Shown piece after piece: positions 1 to 14,394 of a stretch of 64,000 bases of DNA. Under the pieces are notes generated by a model. That model had not been told where the DNA came from. It worked only from the letters and a program-made list of their open reading frames with translations, and searched no databases. How positions within the stretch are numbered: position 1 is the first letter of the stretch; each line of letters starts with the position of its first letter. Source of the stretch: Tubulanus polymorphus (Eukaryota; Animalia; Nemertea); contig NC_134027.1 in the NCBI RefSeq assembly GCF_964204645.1, forward strand, positions 13,362,485 to 13,426,484, written 5' to 3'. The position numbers and the translations under genes are program-made.

Positions 1-1068
1 CGCTGAGAGATTATCTAAGTTTTTAATACGAAGGTAGTTTCATGGAGTAGTTGTGATTCGACCAGTAAAATTGTTATGTTACTTACATCTTTTTCTGCAA
101 TTAATGATGTCTTGAGCTTTGTTATCTTTGTTTTTAATTTTCGTTTTTCCTGGATTTGATCCGAGAAGGAATATTCCTTGTCCTTCACTTCCGGCTCGGC
201 ATCCTCGATTTGGTCCACGTCATCCATTTTGACAAGCGATGTCAGTCTATTTCGGAACGATTTAGAACGATTTTTACGATATTCACGATTGTCACGATGT
301 ATACTATCCGGTTCGAGGGACCGTGTGGGGACGATTGTCCACCAACACGATATCCTTAGGATTGAATTTGATACGAAAGAAGAATAACGAAAGAAAACGA
401 TGTATACTGTACAATGCTACGATGATGACTGTTTTTATTACTGATAACACGTGACTAAAAAGAAAACCTATTAGTATAGGAGATGGAGCTTGTAAAAATT
501 AGATTCATACAATCGGCGAGCCATACGGACTTTCTTGGTACCGATGGAAAGACAACATCTTGGGGCTTCGGACGCTGGGTGTTGTAACCCTGACAACAGA
601 TGCAGCGTTGCAATAATCGCTTGTCAAGGTGACGACGGTGCTTTTCTTTTTTCTTTTTACCTTATTTCTAAGCATCAACAAAATCAGCAATAACTGGAAA
701 ACTATGATATGTAGCCTTAAAATTTCAATAAAAAATATTATTGTGGATAACTGTCAACCATTATCTATAAAATATAAATACTTCATGTAGGTATTTACCA
801 CTGAACTAAGCGGTTCTTTCCGTAATTTGCGTTTTTCCCATGGTTCGGTCAGATTGATTATTCCTATAAAATTAACTCAAAATACTAGGATAACTTTGCA
901 TGGATTAAATTATAGTCTATGATTACAGCTTCATGTCCATCGTTGGTAAAAGATGAAAAATAGTCGTTTCCATGGTTACATAGACAACAATAGATGATAA
1001 GATATATTGATCAGAAGACCGCAGAGCAGTAACGCGCGAAATACCTCGGGATAATCTCGGGAACAACA

Positions 1069-1222
1069 ATCATAATCATAATCATAATCATAAAAATAAT
1101 CATAGTAATCATAATAATCATGATCATAATAATCATGATAATAATAATCATAATAATAATAATCATAATGATTATTACATTTATTACATTCCAATCTTAA
1201 TTATTATGATAATAATAATTAG
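1069..1222. repeat. Degenerate (AAT/CAT)n microsatellite
   Basis: Run of aatcat/aataat units; produces the spurious Y/D-rich ORF 976..1194. Confidence 0.9.
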
Positions 1223-1250
1223 ATAATAAAGAGGGTTTTCACGAGAGCAG

Positions 1251-1361
1251 CAAGATCACGAAATGTATATTAGTGAAGTTGAAAAAACTAGTTTATATTC
1301 CTTTGATGATAAGCGATTTATATTGCATGATGGAATAAAAACATTACTTTATGGTCATTAA
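1251..1361 (+). pseudogene. C-terminal fragment of Polinton pPolB
   Basis: Translates QDHEMYISEVEKTSLYSFDDKRFILHDGIKTLLYGH*, matching the PolB C-termini at ~52275-52368 and ~19170-19275. Confidence 0.85.
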
Positions 1362-3570
1362 TTAAATAATGCTAATCTTTTCTTTACTTATTCTATTTCT
1401 ATATGATTATGTTTTATAAAATAATCACGATTTTCTAGATTACTTAATTGTAAATATTAAGTACTCATATGTAAATTATTATAGTTTTCTGGGTTGCTAT
1501 TCTCTAAATTTTCATTGAACTTTCTTGTTTTTTCATCACCCCATGAAGTTTTTTTGATAACCTCATTCATTACAAAATATCGTAGAACTATCTTGGAATA
1601 AATTATTATGAATACATCTTGGACATTTATGTATATCATATTTTCTATTAGATGTGAGTCAAGTTTTTGATATTTGCTCACTTTTTTACGTTGTTTTTTT
1701 TATTTATTAAGTAGATTTTAATTACTTGCTGTAATAACCAACGTCCAATATTTACAATAATATGATTTTTGGTTTACCTATGTTATGGCTGTTGGTTTGC
1801 AGTCTGCCAATAGTATGTTAAATCGTGGCACAAAATTTAGTGGTAATACTTACGGCCGTTAAGCTTCGAACGGCCGATGCAATATTTTCGAGAAAAACGC
1901 GAAGAACATCGAAAACTCTTCGCTTTCTATAAGTAACTTGTGTTGACCTATATTTGTGTGTCGACACTTATATAAGGAATAGGATGAAAATGACGGGAGG
2001 CCACAAGAGAAAACAGATACGACGGACAAGAGAAGCGGGATTGGTAAGGGTGGGGAAAAAAGAAATAAAACAGGTTAGCCAGACTAGGAACCAACATCCA
2101 CCAAGATTACTTGCCCAGTTCACACGCATGGATGCCCGAAAACAAATGCGTGTTTCGTATGTTCGCCGTAGGTGACGCTGGTTTTCACTTAGGACATGGT
2201 CATATCTTAAGTGATACCATATCTCCCTGTGGCTCACATTTATATAAGGAATGGGATGAAAATGACAGGAGATAGCTCACAAGGGAAATAACACGTGGCG
2301 GGATGTGGAGGGTGCAATCGACCCCACTGACTCTCCCAAAACTCACAACAAGAAAAAAAATGAAAAAGACGTGGCTCACATATTATTATTTTTAGCCCAC
2401 TTGGGACTTTAACCTACTAGTTACCGCTTCAACGTCAATTAGAAAGCATAAAATTCTTTTGAATTTGTACATTTGCAGATGAAACATTTAACTGGCTTTC
2501 ACCAGAGAATAAATAAACCATAAATCAAGCAGAGACTTAAGTGACCAAAGGAAAAGAAAAAGGAAAATAGTTGATTTCCAAAAAAATTTAGAAATTTTTT
2601 AGATTATAGGAATTTTAAGTGTTCTCAGAGCATTTTTTGACCAGGAAAATGAATAAAAAATTGGAAATCCGTCGAAAAACGGAAGTCTTACATCTCTGAT
2701 CAAAGGGAGTTTTATTGAAAAAATCTAGACTTAATCAATGGGATACCGGCATCGCTACAGTGGCAAGCGATGATGCACTAGGATCGCTAGTGGCACTGGG
2801 TTACCGTGAATCAACTTCTCTCATTAGTTAATAAATTGACCATGGGCAAAGTGTGGTTTACCTTGAAAGTTAGAGGTTGTTTGGTGTAAGGGCTTTGCTT
2901 GAAAAAAACTTATTAATTCGTGAGTTCAAAGATCTAGAAGTTTATATTGTATTTTATCTTTCTTAAATAATCATTTTGTAGTCAAATAAGATCGAAGATA
3001 AACATTTGTTTATCGTCTTCGTCCAGAATATCGTAGGGTCCAAGTAGGCGCAGCAGCGGAAACTATTTTATATTTTCCAAAAAATATTTTTCACAATATG
3101 AAAAATTTTCAAATAAAATTCATATGATGTCACATATCAGGCTGAATATTGAGTTTTGGAAACGAAACCTCTTCCAATGTATAGCCGCAGAAGCTTAAAC
3201 ACCGGGCCGTAGTAATAGATCGTTTTAAATCCTGGAATTTACCACTACAATATTCAGACCTCGACTAATACCTATACTGCTTAGTATTTTCAGGTCACAA
3301 GAAATTACAATTTATAACAAATTCTATCAAACAGAAAACACAGCGCTCATCTTCTGCTACGACGATTATTCAGCCTTTTATTATATCAAACGTACACGCG
3401 CCAAGCAGCGTTACAGCATCACCATATAGTAGTCTGTATGAGCGTGTGTTTGTGAGTGCAACAGTCTAAGCACTCCGCGCACGTGGAGGCCTTGTGTAGT
3501 GAACGTTCGCTTTACTTCAATCTCAATCAACACAATCACCGGGTATTAAAATAAAACAATACCTATGGCG

Positions 3571-4358
3571 ATATGTGAAATGATTATATTCTCACCAGCA
3601 ATGAGCATTTAAAATTTGTACATATACGGCACCCAGGAAGAAAGACACTAAATATTTGGATGGATATATGAAAGCTGTGGGTACTGGAGTGTGTAATGGG
3701 TAGTGTAGTGTGATATGTGTGCATTTGTGGCCAGCACACAGATCACATTGTTCATTGGGGTTTGGTCCAGGACTCGCGAGATTTTCAACAACACGGAAGT
3801 AACGTGTAATAAATGATGACTTGAATTGCATGACTACCTACCACCCCTCATTATTGTTGGAAAACTAAACGTTCCGCACTGACTAAAAATTAGTAATAAC
3901 AACTTAGAAATGGCCAGAATTTTAACTTAGGTTCTATCCCATTTTTATTTTACAATTGCGATTGGTATATTTTTTTTAACGGCCGTTAAGGCTTCATGTT
4001 TCGTCTGCAATTCACTGCAAATAGTTACGCAACTACGCACATTTCAGTGTTTTTGGCAGCTCAATCGGCACCGTTCGTGACTAGCTTCACTGCGGAATTA
4101 TCATTAATTAACATCGCCATATCACATCATCAACTTATATTGTGCCTTAAAACCCAAACAGCCGAAATAATTGAAATGCACACACGATTTCTATCATTGA
4201 AAATTGAGAGAGTGGCCATGTTTGTGTTCTGTTGCTTCGCGTAAATCTCGCGCGGTGGCGCAACCGCGCGGAGTGGGGCCGATACGTCTAGTCCAATATG
4301 TGAAATGATTATATTCTCACCAGCAATGAGCATTTAAAATTTGTACATATACGGCACC
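3571..4358 (+). repeat. 63-bp exact direct repeat (3571-3633 and 4296-4358)
   Basis: atatgtgaaatgattatattctcaccagcaatgagcatttaaaatttgtacatatacggcacc occurs twice. Confidence 0.9.
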
Positions 4359-7235
4359 TAGTCCAATGAAACGTTCGCCAAACGCTTTCCCATAATTATT
4401 TTAGTAGCGCCGGAACGTATATCCCAAAAACAGCCTCGCTCGTAGAGACGACGCCCCCAACGAGGTCATTGCAATTTTATACGCAAGAGCTAAGAATTTT
4501 CCCGCCAAAACCAGTTTTCCGTCGAATTTAAACAAAGTTGACCATGTCATCGAAGGAGGTTCGTCATGTCTTCAATCGCATCGATTATACGTCGCTTTAC
4601 CCGAGAACCAATGAAAAAAATGCTCACATAAAAAAAAGTACCGCCATTTTACATGAATTGGCTCAATGCCAACCTCATTCTGCTGACAAAGGTAAACCAA
4701 AAACAGCAATGTTACCGCGCAGAAACGAAACAGACGAAGTAAGGAAGTTCTTTTCTGCGGGGTGCCGAAATGACTGCGCAGAAACTGGTTCATTTCTGTG
4801 CTCGTTTCTGCGCGGAAAATTTCGTTTTTGGGCCGCGCAGAAACGGACGAAAAAACGAAGAAATATATTTTTTGCACGTTATATTGCACGGATTTTTTTT
4901 CAACTTGGACCGAATCACCCACCATAGAATAGCTATAATTATAGTTCTATTCAACTATCTATCAGTAATGTTTTTCGGCCCGTTGTTCTTGCTCCTCATC
5001 CTGCAAGCTGAGTTGTTACTGAGCACTTGTACCTGTTTTGGTCAGCCATGTTGGATTACATCCCATTCCGCACACCATCTACCCAAGATGAAATCACTGA
5101 CATTCCCCATTCTGCTTATCACCTGGCTTGCCCTGGCCAGTTGCGACTATTAGTATTCATATTGTTAGTCTACATTTTCATAACATATTTTGCATGATGA
5201 TTTTTTTTGTTATGTAGGTGTAGTTCACATTTAGGTAGAGTTGGAGGAGATCAGTTTTTATATGTACACAGGGAATGTTTAGTAAGTTCTCACTTAAATC
5301 TGTAGTACCGTGCTCGTGAATAATGAAAATTCAGCTACATGTATGCTTATACTTTTAATCGATTTTTAGACAGTGGGGACAATAATACATGAGTTAGGAC
5401 ATACAATTGGATGGATACATGAACAGGCTCGGCCAGATAGAGATCGTCATATCAGGTACCGGTAAACGGAGATAATAGAATAACAGAATAAAGTTCACTA
5501 GGCTTATTTACTGGCGCTTTCACAGATAATAGGGTTTTCTAGTGTTTTTGTAGAAGGGCCTATTGTTATTCTGCGGACCATACATGCGGTGACAGGCAGC
5601 AGAAAATTTATAGCCATATAGGTATTTGCGTAACTATCTACTGCCACGTCAGTCACCGTGGAGATCATTGGTAGGTCACCGAAGCAAAAAATATTGACTC
5701 GAGATCGTGTCACCTTAAAATCAATAAAAAGTAGCGGGTGATATTCCGTACTTTAAAAAAAAATTTTCTTGAAGTAATGATATAATCAGTAAGCATTGGT
5801 CTATTTGAGTTCTTCGGTTCAAGCTTTCTACGATGATAAGGCTACAGGCGAAATGTCGTCATTTTGATGTATCGGTACTTGAATCAGGTAGGTGCATTTA
5901 GTTTTCCGTGCTGAATATCATAGAATAATCTAATCTAGCATACGAACTAGTAAGTGAAGCAATACTGGGTCCATGCTTGATAGAATTCTGACTTAGATAT
6001 ATAAAGTCGATATCTAAATGACAGTTTTTTACCTTGTTTAAAAAGAAAACAATGGCAACGGTTCGTCGTACCGGTGCTTAGGTTCGTTCGACCCCATGAA
6101 CCACCGTCGCGCACGCCATGTCCGCATAATAACCTAAGCTATTGTGTTAGAGATTTTCATTGAACCGATTTTGAAATATTTAGGGTGGTTTATTTATTTC
6201 GGTATGCGTATTTCTTCCACCACGCGCTTGACTATCAAGGTTACCATGGTTATCAAATTCAATTTAATTTATTTTGCCTTAATAATCCGCCGATCATCTG
6301 CTTATTATCATGTAAACCTTGGCCTACTGATGCTATACGTCAAATGGGTAAAATATTTAATCGGCATGTGTTCCCGTCAACCTTGTTTTGCTTTACTCCA
6401 TGAAATTAAATATTTCAGGATCGATGTGTGAACTCCTGAGATGATTTGGTTTTTGGGAGGAATTTTTATTGGCACTACAGAAAATTCATCCTCGACAATA
6501 GTGCAAGGTTCGGAAAAATAAGGGTTTTCAAATCGGATGAATGACCTTAATATGCTGATAAGCCATGTGATTGAATTGCAAATTCAATCAACTTTTATTC
6601 TACAAATGAAAAGAAAATCCAATTTAATTTTATTGAACGAATAACGTCCAATCCAATACAATTTTTTTATTGGACAAAATCAAAACAGTCCAATTCAATT
6701 TTATTCTGCAAACGAATCAATAAGACAAAGGGAAAGGATTCATATGAGCTATTCGTTCCTGTCGTCTGTGCTATTTTGAATAACACGATTGTATTGTTTA
6801 AATTACATGGGATTGTGGGGAGTGTGGCCAACATTGCATTATTTACAAAAAGCAAATGTGACAGGCTGGCCTCGGTACCCGGTGGGGGCTTATGTTTAAT
6901 GTTTTCATTTCTTTGAATATGGGATGGAGCAAGCTAGTACTACAGTTGTCGTAGACTTGCATGGGGTTGGGGGATGAAACGCATATGGCTTTGCCCGGGA
7001 GAGTTTTTTTTCAGATCTTGACACGGATTTTTTGCAAGTAACAGGGACGTGAATGAATGTTTCTTATAATGCTTAAAGGTCGAGTGCCCTCCAAATAGAA
7101 TATTGTATAAAACCTATTTTCTAAATGTGATATGTGTATAAATGATGTATGTGATATGTGTATGAATGAAGTGTGTTACTAATTCTGATTTTAGTAAAGC
7201 CATGAAATAGATTTCGAATAAAATATGTAAAATAA

Positions 7236-7981
7236 ATGGTAGAATTAAAAGAATATAGAATATTTGTTGATTCTAGAAGACTGACAAATTATAAATCACG
7301 TAATTTACTAGTACTATTAGATAGAGAATTTAAGAATTGTGTTGATTTAAAATTAGTAAATGTAATTCTTTTTATAATATATCGGATAAAAGTATTGAAC
7401 ATAGAGTCTTTTTAATTCATGACAGAAATAGGAATAGATGGTTTCATCTTTATCTTAAACCAGGATTATATAATTTAGAAACATTAGCTCAAGAAATTAA
7501 TCAAAGAGCTCGTTCAAAACTGGGTGCATCTGCTGGATTTGGATTAAGCCTTATTAAAAGTGATAGCTCTGATAAAGTAAGAATAATATTAGGAAATGAA
7601 GATCAACATCAATTTCTAGTTAAAAAACCTTTAGCTAAGATTTTAGGAATTAACCCAGATGTAAGGATACGTAATGCTGATGCTACACCAAACTTAATAC
7701 CCTTTACACACTTTTATATTTATTGCAATTTAATTGATCCAACTAAAGATACAATTTGTAGATCGAGTTTATTGAATATTTTACCATTGAAGAATGTTAA
7801 AGAATTTGGAACGCAAATAAATTATAATTTAGCTGAGTGTGATTTCAAACCTTGTATTCCTCAATTTAATAATTTTAGATTAGAAATTAGAAATAAATCA
7901 CAATGGATACTTAATTGATTTAAATAATTTCCCTGTAATTTATGAATTAGTTTTAAGATGTAATTGTAATTGTAGGAGTAA
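7236..7981 (+). pseudogene. Putative minor capsid (penton) protein, frameshifted
   Basis: Nucleotide homolog of intact 56360..57121 (MVELKEYRIFVDSR...). Confidence 0.75.
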
Positions 7982-7998
7982 TTTTTCACTATATAAAT

Positions 7999-8339
7999 AT
8001 GAATATAACTGTTGGACCGAGTCTATGTTTTGGGTTTGATTTTAAACATGGTAAAGAAATGAGAATTAAACTAAATGATGTAATTACTGATACTGACGTA
8101 AATCATTTAATAATGCACCAATGATTAATAAAGGAAATCATGATATAGAAAAAGTAATTGATTTAATCAAAACACCTTAAGAATATTATGAATTAAATGA
8201 AGATGGAATTATCGATGATATTAAAAGAATAATAACTGAAATATATGATAATCATAAAAGTAGTAATGAAATAAATGTTGAAATAATCATAACTAAGTTA
8301 ACTTAATATTTTGAAGATAGTAATTTTTTTGATTAATAA
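7999..8339 (+). pseudogene. Conserved ~113-aa viral protein, disrupted
   Basis: Homolog of 57138..57479 (MNxTVGPSxCFGFDFK). Confidence 0.7.
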
Positions 8340-8561
8340 ATGAGTGATAATAAGTGGATAATAACTGGATTATATAATGGTGCCTTACTATCAGCTGGAA
8401 CTGTTGGTTATTCAATGGTATTAAAAAAAGTATTCAAAATGGGAAGTATTAATGATGATAAATTTGATATCAATGATATTCTAAAATTAACATTAGCAGT
8501 TACTTTATCTCATTTAACTATTGATTATTTAGAACAACAAAAATATATTCCTCCTATATAA
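8340..8561 (+). CDS. Small hydrophobic viral protein (73 aa)
   Basis: Intact ORF, near identical to 57480..57701; two hydrophobic segments. Confidence 0.8.
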   Translation: MSDNKWIITGLYNGALLSAGTVGYSMVLKKVFKMGSINDDKFDINDILKLTLAVTLSHLTIDYLEQQKYIPPI

Positions 8562-8585
8562 ATGCGTAATTACTTTACTAAATAA

Positions 8586-9008
8586 ATGGCATCTGCAATT
8601 ATAACTATTATAGGATCGGCAATTGTTAACGCTTTAGCATTTACTGGTGGTGGATATTTATTTAAACATATCGACAAAAATGGATCATCAACAGAACAGA
8701 AAAGGCATAATTTAGCGTTAGAGAAATTAAATAAAGCAGCAGAAGAATATAGAGAAAAAAAGACAAAACTATATGGATTACATCAATAACGAATTATATA
8801 ATCAGAAAATTACACATAGAGATTTTCAATCAGTCGATGAAGCTATGAGTTTATATAACGCAGTAACAAATCGTGAAAAATTACATCTATATAAACCTAA
8901 ATTATCAGATTATTATACACCAAGTAGTGAACAGAAAAAAATGAAATAATTTGGATCTTAGGTGGAACAGTTATTGTATTATTTGTTGCTTATAAATTTT
9001 CTAATTAG
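8586..9008 (+). pseudogene. ~140-aa viral protein with N- and C-terminal hydrophobic helices, frameshifted
   Basis: MASAIITIIGSAIVNALAFTGGG; homolog of 57726..58148. Confidence 0.8.
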
Positions 9009-9027
9009 TAATTTCTTTTCTAAATAA

Positions 9028-9457
9028 ATGGTTGATAAAGTTGATGATATTGATATTATTCCTCATGATATAAATAAAACTAAATCAAAAACATATTTGG
9101 AAAAACAAATATTAGAATTTGAAAATGATTTAAAGGTTAAAAAGAAAAATATTTAAAAAGTAAAATTATTATTTCATTATCAGTGGTTCAGTTACAATTA
9201 GTTCTGTTATAACATTTCTAGCATTATTCTCACCATTAACACCTTTAGCTATCTCAATTGGAGCTTTAGGTTTAAGTTCAAGTGTATTAACCGGCGTAAG
9301 TTCAAAATTAAATATAAAAAGTTATAAAGAAAAAATATAATCTAATATAAAAGAAATTGATGAATTAGAAAATACATAAGATTATATAATAAGTTTAAAT
9401 GGTAATATAACAGTTGAAGAACAAGATAAATTATTAAAAGAATTAGTAAATTATTAA
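9028..9457 (+). pseudogene. ~141-aa two-TM viral protein, frameshifted
   Basis: Homolog of 58168..58593. Confidence 0.75.
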
Positions 9458-9473
9458 TTTTCTTATTATATAA

Positions 9474-10840
9474 ATGGGGTTTCCAAAAGCTTTCTAATAT
9501 AATAAATCAATTAAATATAATATTCCAGCAATAGATTTTAATAAAGATATTTCATATAGAAATGAAGTTTTAAATTCATTAATTAATTTAGATATTTATG
9601 TTACTGAAACTAATAATTTTCATGCAAAGATGGAAAATATATTTCATGTATATTTAATTAATTTTCAAAAATTGAAAGATGAAAAACAATCGTTATTAAA
9701 ATCTAATATGAAGTGTTGGCAGAACCAATTAAATTTTGCTGTTTATTGTGCAACAACAGGATGTGGAATTAGTTGGAATGATCATTTGACTAATTCAAAG
9801 TATAAATTAGTCAAAGTTTATTTAGATTCCATACTTATTTTCAAATAAGATTAATATTAAATGAATAAGAGACTCCTTTGCCAGGGTCTAGATATTTTAA
9901 AGAATTAGATAATAATATTAATTTATCAAAGTTTTGTAAAATTTGTATTGAATTTAATATAGATATAAATCATTCTGATTTTAGAACAAAAATTAGAACA
10001 ATAAAAGAAAATGTTTCAGCATATTGTACACTTCCCATACCATCTAATAGCTTTTATAATATCTATAATAATAAATTAGGTTATGGTAAAATAGAAACTA
10101 AAGATTTAGAATCATTAAATTTCAATAAATTACCGAAATTCTATGATAATTTAAAACAAGAAAACAATAATGTTTGGGTTTATTTTATTTTTGAAAATAG
10201 TGAAGGATTTACAAGATCAGGTATACAAAGAATAAATCAATCAATTAGAACTTATTTGATATGTATTCTAGGTGTTCAAGTTGAAACAAGATCCCCGATA
10301 ATTGGAAATTCAAATACATCATTTGATACACAAAAACAATTTAAAGAATTATTTGAAGATTCAATTCATAATGATAAAAATAGATCGATTCCAGAAAATA
10401 TAGTTAGGTACCAAAATTATTTAGATAAATCTCATGTAAGATTAAATTATTGTATAGGACCTAATTTATTAATTATTTCTGATGATTTTATATTAAAGAT
10501 GGGAAATATGATTGGTTATAATAATTTAATAAAGACTGCAACAATAAATAATTCATTTGGATTAAATGACATAAATAAAAAGATTATTACTGCTCCAAAA
10601 CTAATGGAAGGTGAAAAAATTAAAAAACATATTCGATCAACTGAAACTAGAACTAAAAATATCAAATTAAATAATGATTCTAAAATAAAAGATTATAATA
10701 CGTCAGAAAATATAAAAACTGATATTATTCAACATGATATAATTAAAACTAATAATGATAATAAATCCCATGAAAATACCAAATTAGCTATAACTTGTAT
10801 AGGAATTGTAATTGGAGGAATATTATATTTTAAATTTTAA
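9474..10840 (+). pseudogene. Conserved ~450-aa viral protein with C-terminal TM helix, disrupted
   Basis: QNQLNFAVYCATTGCGISW motif; homolog of 58610..59999; joins ORFs 9630..9848 and 9878..10840. Confidence 0.8.
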
Positions 10841-10856
10841 TTTTTATATGGTATAA

Positions 10857-12253
10857 ATGGATGTAGAAGGTGAAGCTTGTGAAATGGGAGAAATGGGAAA
10901 TAATAATGAAGGATTTATACCTGATGAACCACAACCTGATTTTAATGAAACTAATATGGATAATGATGATGGATCAGCATATAATTCTAATTTAGCAGAT
11001 AGTGGTTCTAAGGCCCCTTCAACAGACCAATTGATAACTAGATCGAGAATAAATCCTGAAAACGAAAATCCAGTAAAACAAAATTTAGTAAAACAAAATT
11101 TAGAATATAATGCATATATTTATAATTTCAAACCTATATTTGAAAAATCTGGATATAATATCAATGATAGAGGTGCTAGACTTTTAGTAAGAGAATTAAA
11201 ACTTTTAGATAGTGGTTAATATCATTATCATTTGAAAGATGATTATTATATTGATATCTCTTATAAAAATCTAAATAAAATATTAGCAGAATCAACTTTG
11301 AGTAATTTAGAACCATCTAGAATTAAAAGAATAAGTAATAGTAATGAAATAGAAAATGTTACACAAGAAGAAATAAATCAAAATAAAAGAGTATTTAAAC
11401 AAAGAATTAATGACTTATTTGAAACAATCAATAATAATTTAGAAACAGAAACAACCTCTGAACAGAATATAACTTCCAAAACTAGTAAACTTAAATCAAA
11501 TAAAGTTCCAATTGAAAAACTTTTACCAAATGGGTTACTAGATGCAAGACATCAAGAATTAGAAGATTTAAATATATTTTCTGATAAAGCAATTAGAGAA
11601 ATTTTTAGTATAAGACTTGCATCTGATAAAATTGCACATGCTAAAAGTATAAGGGAATTTAAATATAGAACTTTAGAAAAAGATAGAAGTGATAAAATTA
11701 AAGAATTAAAGTTAGATAGAGATAATAAAGTTATTGAAGAAATTGAATTCAAAAAAAGAAATGCATATTTAGAAAAAGAAAAAGATGATTTAGAATATAA
11801 CATAGAATTACAGAAAGAAGAAATTAAATTATTATTAATTAATTATTATTAATTAATTAATTATTAATAATATTAATAGATTAAAAGTTTATTTTTAAGG
11901 ATTTGTTGATAAAACCAAATTCTTAAATATCATTAAAAGATAGAATAAAATTATTATTTAAGTTAGAAGGTATAACAATTCTTTCAATTCTAACAGCTGT
12001 AACTATGGTATTCACAACAATAGGTTTAGCAATATTAAATTCAAAGTGAAAGATGGTTTGAAAAAATTAGCAAAATATTTATGGGAACTATCTAAAAAAT
12101 CTGCTGCAGCTTTACCCGGAATTATTGCATCTATTGTTGGTTTTGTTTAAAAATCTGCTGGGAATATTCTTAACTTTGCTGCTGAACATATTATTTCATT
12201 TTTTATAGTTGTAAGTGCAATTATTTTCGGTTAGTGAATATGATCAAAAATAA
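10857..12253 (+). pseudogene. Acidic N-terminus / coiled-coil / C-terminal hydrophobic viral protein, disrupted
   Basis: ORFs 10857..11219 and 11232..11852 plus tail KKLAKYLWELSKKSAAALPGIIASIVGF; homologs at 30711-32447 and 60015-61466. Confidence 0.75.
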
Positions 12254-12279
12254 ATAATCAATTTTTTTCTCTTAAATAA

Positions 12280-13537
12280 ATGAGTGGGAGTTACATAAAT
12301 CCCTCTAAGAATTCTAGAATATCTAATGCTATTCAAGCAGAGAGATCTCATCATATAATTACTCATAATCCTTCTAATATTAATCCCGATGAAACGTTAT
12401 ATGTTAGAATTCCTCGATTAACACAAAATACTTTTTATGTTCCAAATAGTATTTATTTGTCAGCTGATATAAAAGTAACTGGCCATGATAACAATTATGT
12501 TGTTGATAATGTTGGAAGATATTTGATTAAAAAATTAACTATAAAGATTGGACCAGAAACAGTTTATTTATTAGATGATTATAATTTATTAATGCATTAC
12601 AAAGATTTATGGTTAACAAAAGAAAATAGAAACAATATGATATTTCAAGGCATCCAATCAGAAAACCATAATAAATCAAGATCAGAAGCTAATAATGCAA
12701 TAATACAATAATAAAACTAATGCTACGGATAATTTGATTAAAAAGATTTATGGAAGCAAATATAAAATTCCATTAGACTTTGAATTGATAAATAATAATG
12801 CACCTTTATATAAATATGCTATACAAGAAGATATTATATTCGAAATAACATTTGCTCCTGTTAATGAAATAGTATTATCAAGCGTAGTTAAAGATATGGG
12901 TTATAAATTATCGAATATATGTTTAGAATATGACACAGTAACTAATGAAAATTTTTCAAGTATAATTCAAACTCAATACAATCAAGGATTTTCATTATTA
13001 TATGATTATAGTGATAAATTTAAAACTGTAACTATTAATGCAAATGATGAAATAATTAATGAGAATATTAACTTCCCAAGGAGATCTATTAAAGGCATAT
13101 TAATATTTTTTATCACTGCTACATATTCTAATGGTGCAATACAGGTTGATAAGTATTATAACCCAGAAATAACAAAAGTAGAAATAACTATCGAAGGTAT
13201 AGCTAATAAAATATTTTGCCAATGAATGAGAATGATTGATCAATGGCCAGAAATTAGAAAACATTTTATGAATCAAAAAGTAAAATCATCTGAAAATTGT
13301 AATATTAATCAAATTGATTATTATACCGGTAATAAATACGCATTATGGTTAGATTTTAGAACAACTAAAGATAATTTATTACATGGTTCTGGGAAAAAAT
13401 TACAGAACACTAAAGATGGAATACAATTATTCATGAAAAAGAAAAAAGGGAGCTTAGATTTCAAAATGCACATTTATATCATATCTGACGCGCAATTAAA
13501 TATTGTAAATTCTCAAATGAATAGTGTTATGTATTAA
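12280..13537 (+). pseudogene. Putative major capsid protein (double jelly-roll), premature stops
   Basis: Three consecutive ORFs (~410 aa in total, beta-rich; HNPSNINPDETLYVRIP...YALWLDFRT); size, position and high conservation among three copies fit a Polinton MCP. Confidence 0.75.
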
Positions 13538-13569
13538 AATTTTAATTTTAATGAAAAATTCTATAATAA

Positions 13570-14358
13570 ATGGAAGGTGGAATATATGAAATACAAACTA
13601 CAAGTGAAATAATGTCAGATATCTATTATATAATACCTTATGAACATAGTAAGTATTTTGGAGAATTCTATAATCAATTCAAATATAGAATAAGTAAAAT
13701 TGATAATAATAAAAGTGGTGTTGTTGATAATGTAAGTAATGAAATTGATATGTTATATAATAATGTTTTACCTTCTACATATAATAATAAAATAATATTA
13801 GATTATAGTGAAAATAGAAATTATTGTGGTTATTGTAAAGGTGCATTTTCAAACAGCCCATCAAATTGGAATAACCATATGAATACAGCTGTACATATTA
13901 CTAATGTTATAAAACGCGTTGGTTTAAGAGAATTTATAGAACACCCATTTAGATATGTAACAAAGTTTGTTTCAAATAAAAAAGTAAATGGTAAAGATTT
14001 ATATAAAGATTTATTATGTGAATTTTTATCTAAGGAACCTGAACACAGTAAAGATGAATTAGATTTAATTGATGCTAATAAAATATTAGGATCAAACATT
14101 GTAAATAAAATATTAAGGTCAAACACTAAGAAAGAGGATATAGTTACAGATAAGCATATTGATAATGAAGATTATTTAGATACAGATTGGACGAAACGTA
14201 AAGTAGTAACTATTAATGATGCGGTAGATCGGATGAAAAAGGATTATATTGAAAAAACTTATGATGATCCGGTAGATAGGGTTAATAGATTGTTAGAGTC
14301 TGATGATGAATTGGAGGATGATGATGAAAATGATGTTAATTATCTCACATTCACATAA
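13570..14358 (+). CDS. Element-specific protein with one C2H2-like zinc finger and acidic tail
   Basis: Intact 262-aa ORF with TAAATG start; CGYC...WNNHMNTAVH. Confidence 0.65.
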   Translation: MEGGIYEIQTTSEIMSDIYYIIPYEHSKYFGEFYNQFKYRISKIDNNKSGVVDNVSNEIDMLYNNVLPSTYNNKIILDYSENRNYCGYCKGAFSNSPSNWNNHMNTAVHITNVIKRVGLREFIEHPFRYVTKFVSNKKVNGKDLYKDLLCEFLSKEPEHSKDELDLIDANKILGSNIVNKILRSNTKKEDIVTDKHIDNEDYLDTDWTKRKVVTINDAVDRMKKDYIEKTYDDPVDRVNRLLESDDELEDDDENDVNYLTFT

Positions 14359-14394
14359 GATAATAGTTGAAAATGGTATAAAATAATAGTTAAT

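Noticed and set aside
15-387. Possible retrotransposon gag fragment on the - strand
   Set aside because: Coding-like and charged but no diagnostic motif, and truncated by the window edge
976-1194. Tyr/Asp-rich ORF
   Set aside because: Antisense reading of the AAT/CAT microsatellite
4538-5153. Overlapping 117-129 aa ORFs as host exons
   Set aside because: No recognisable domain or splice structure; likely repeat-derived non-coding DNA
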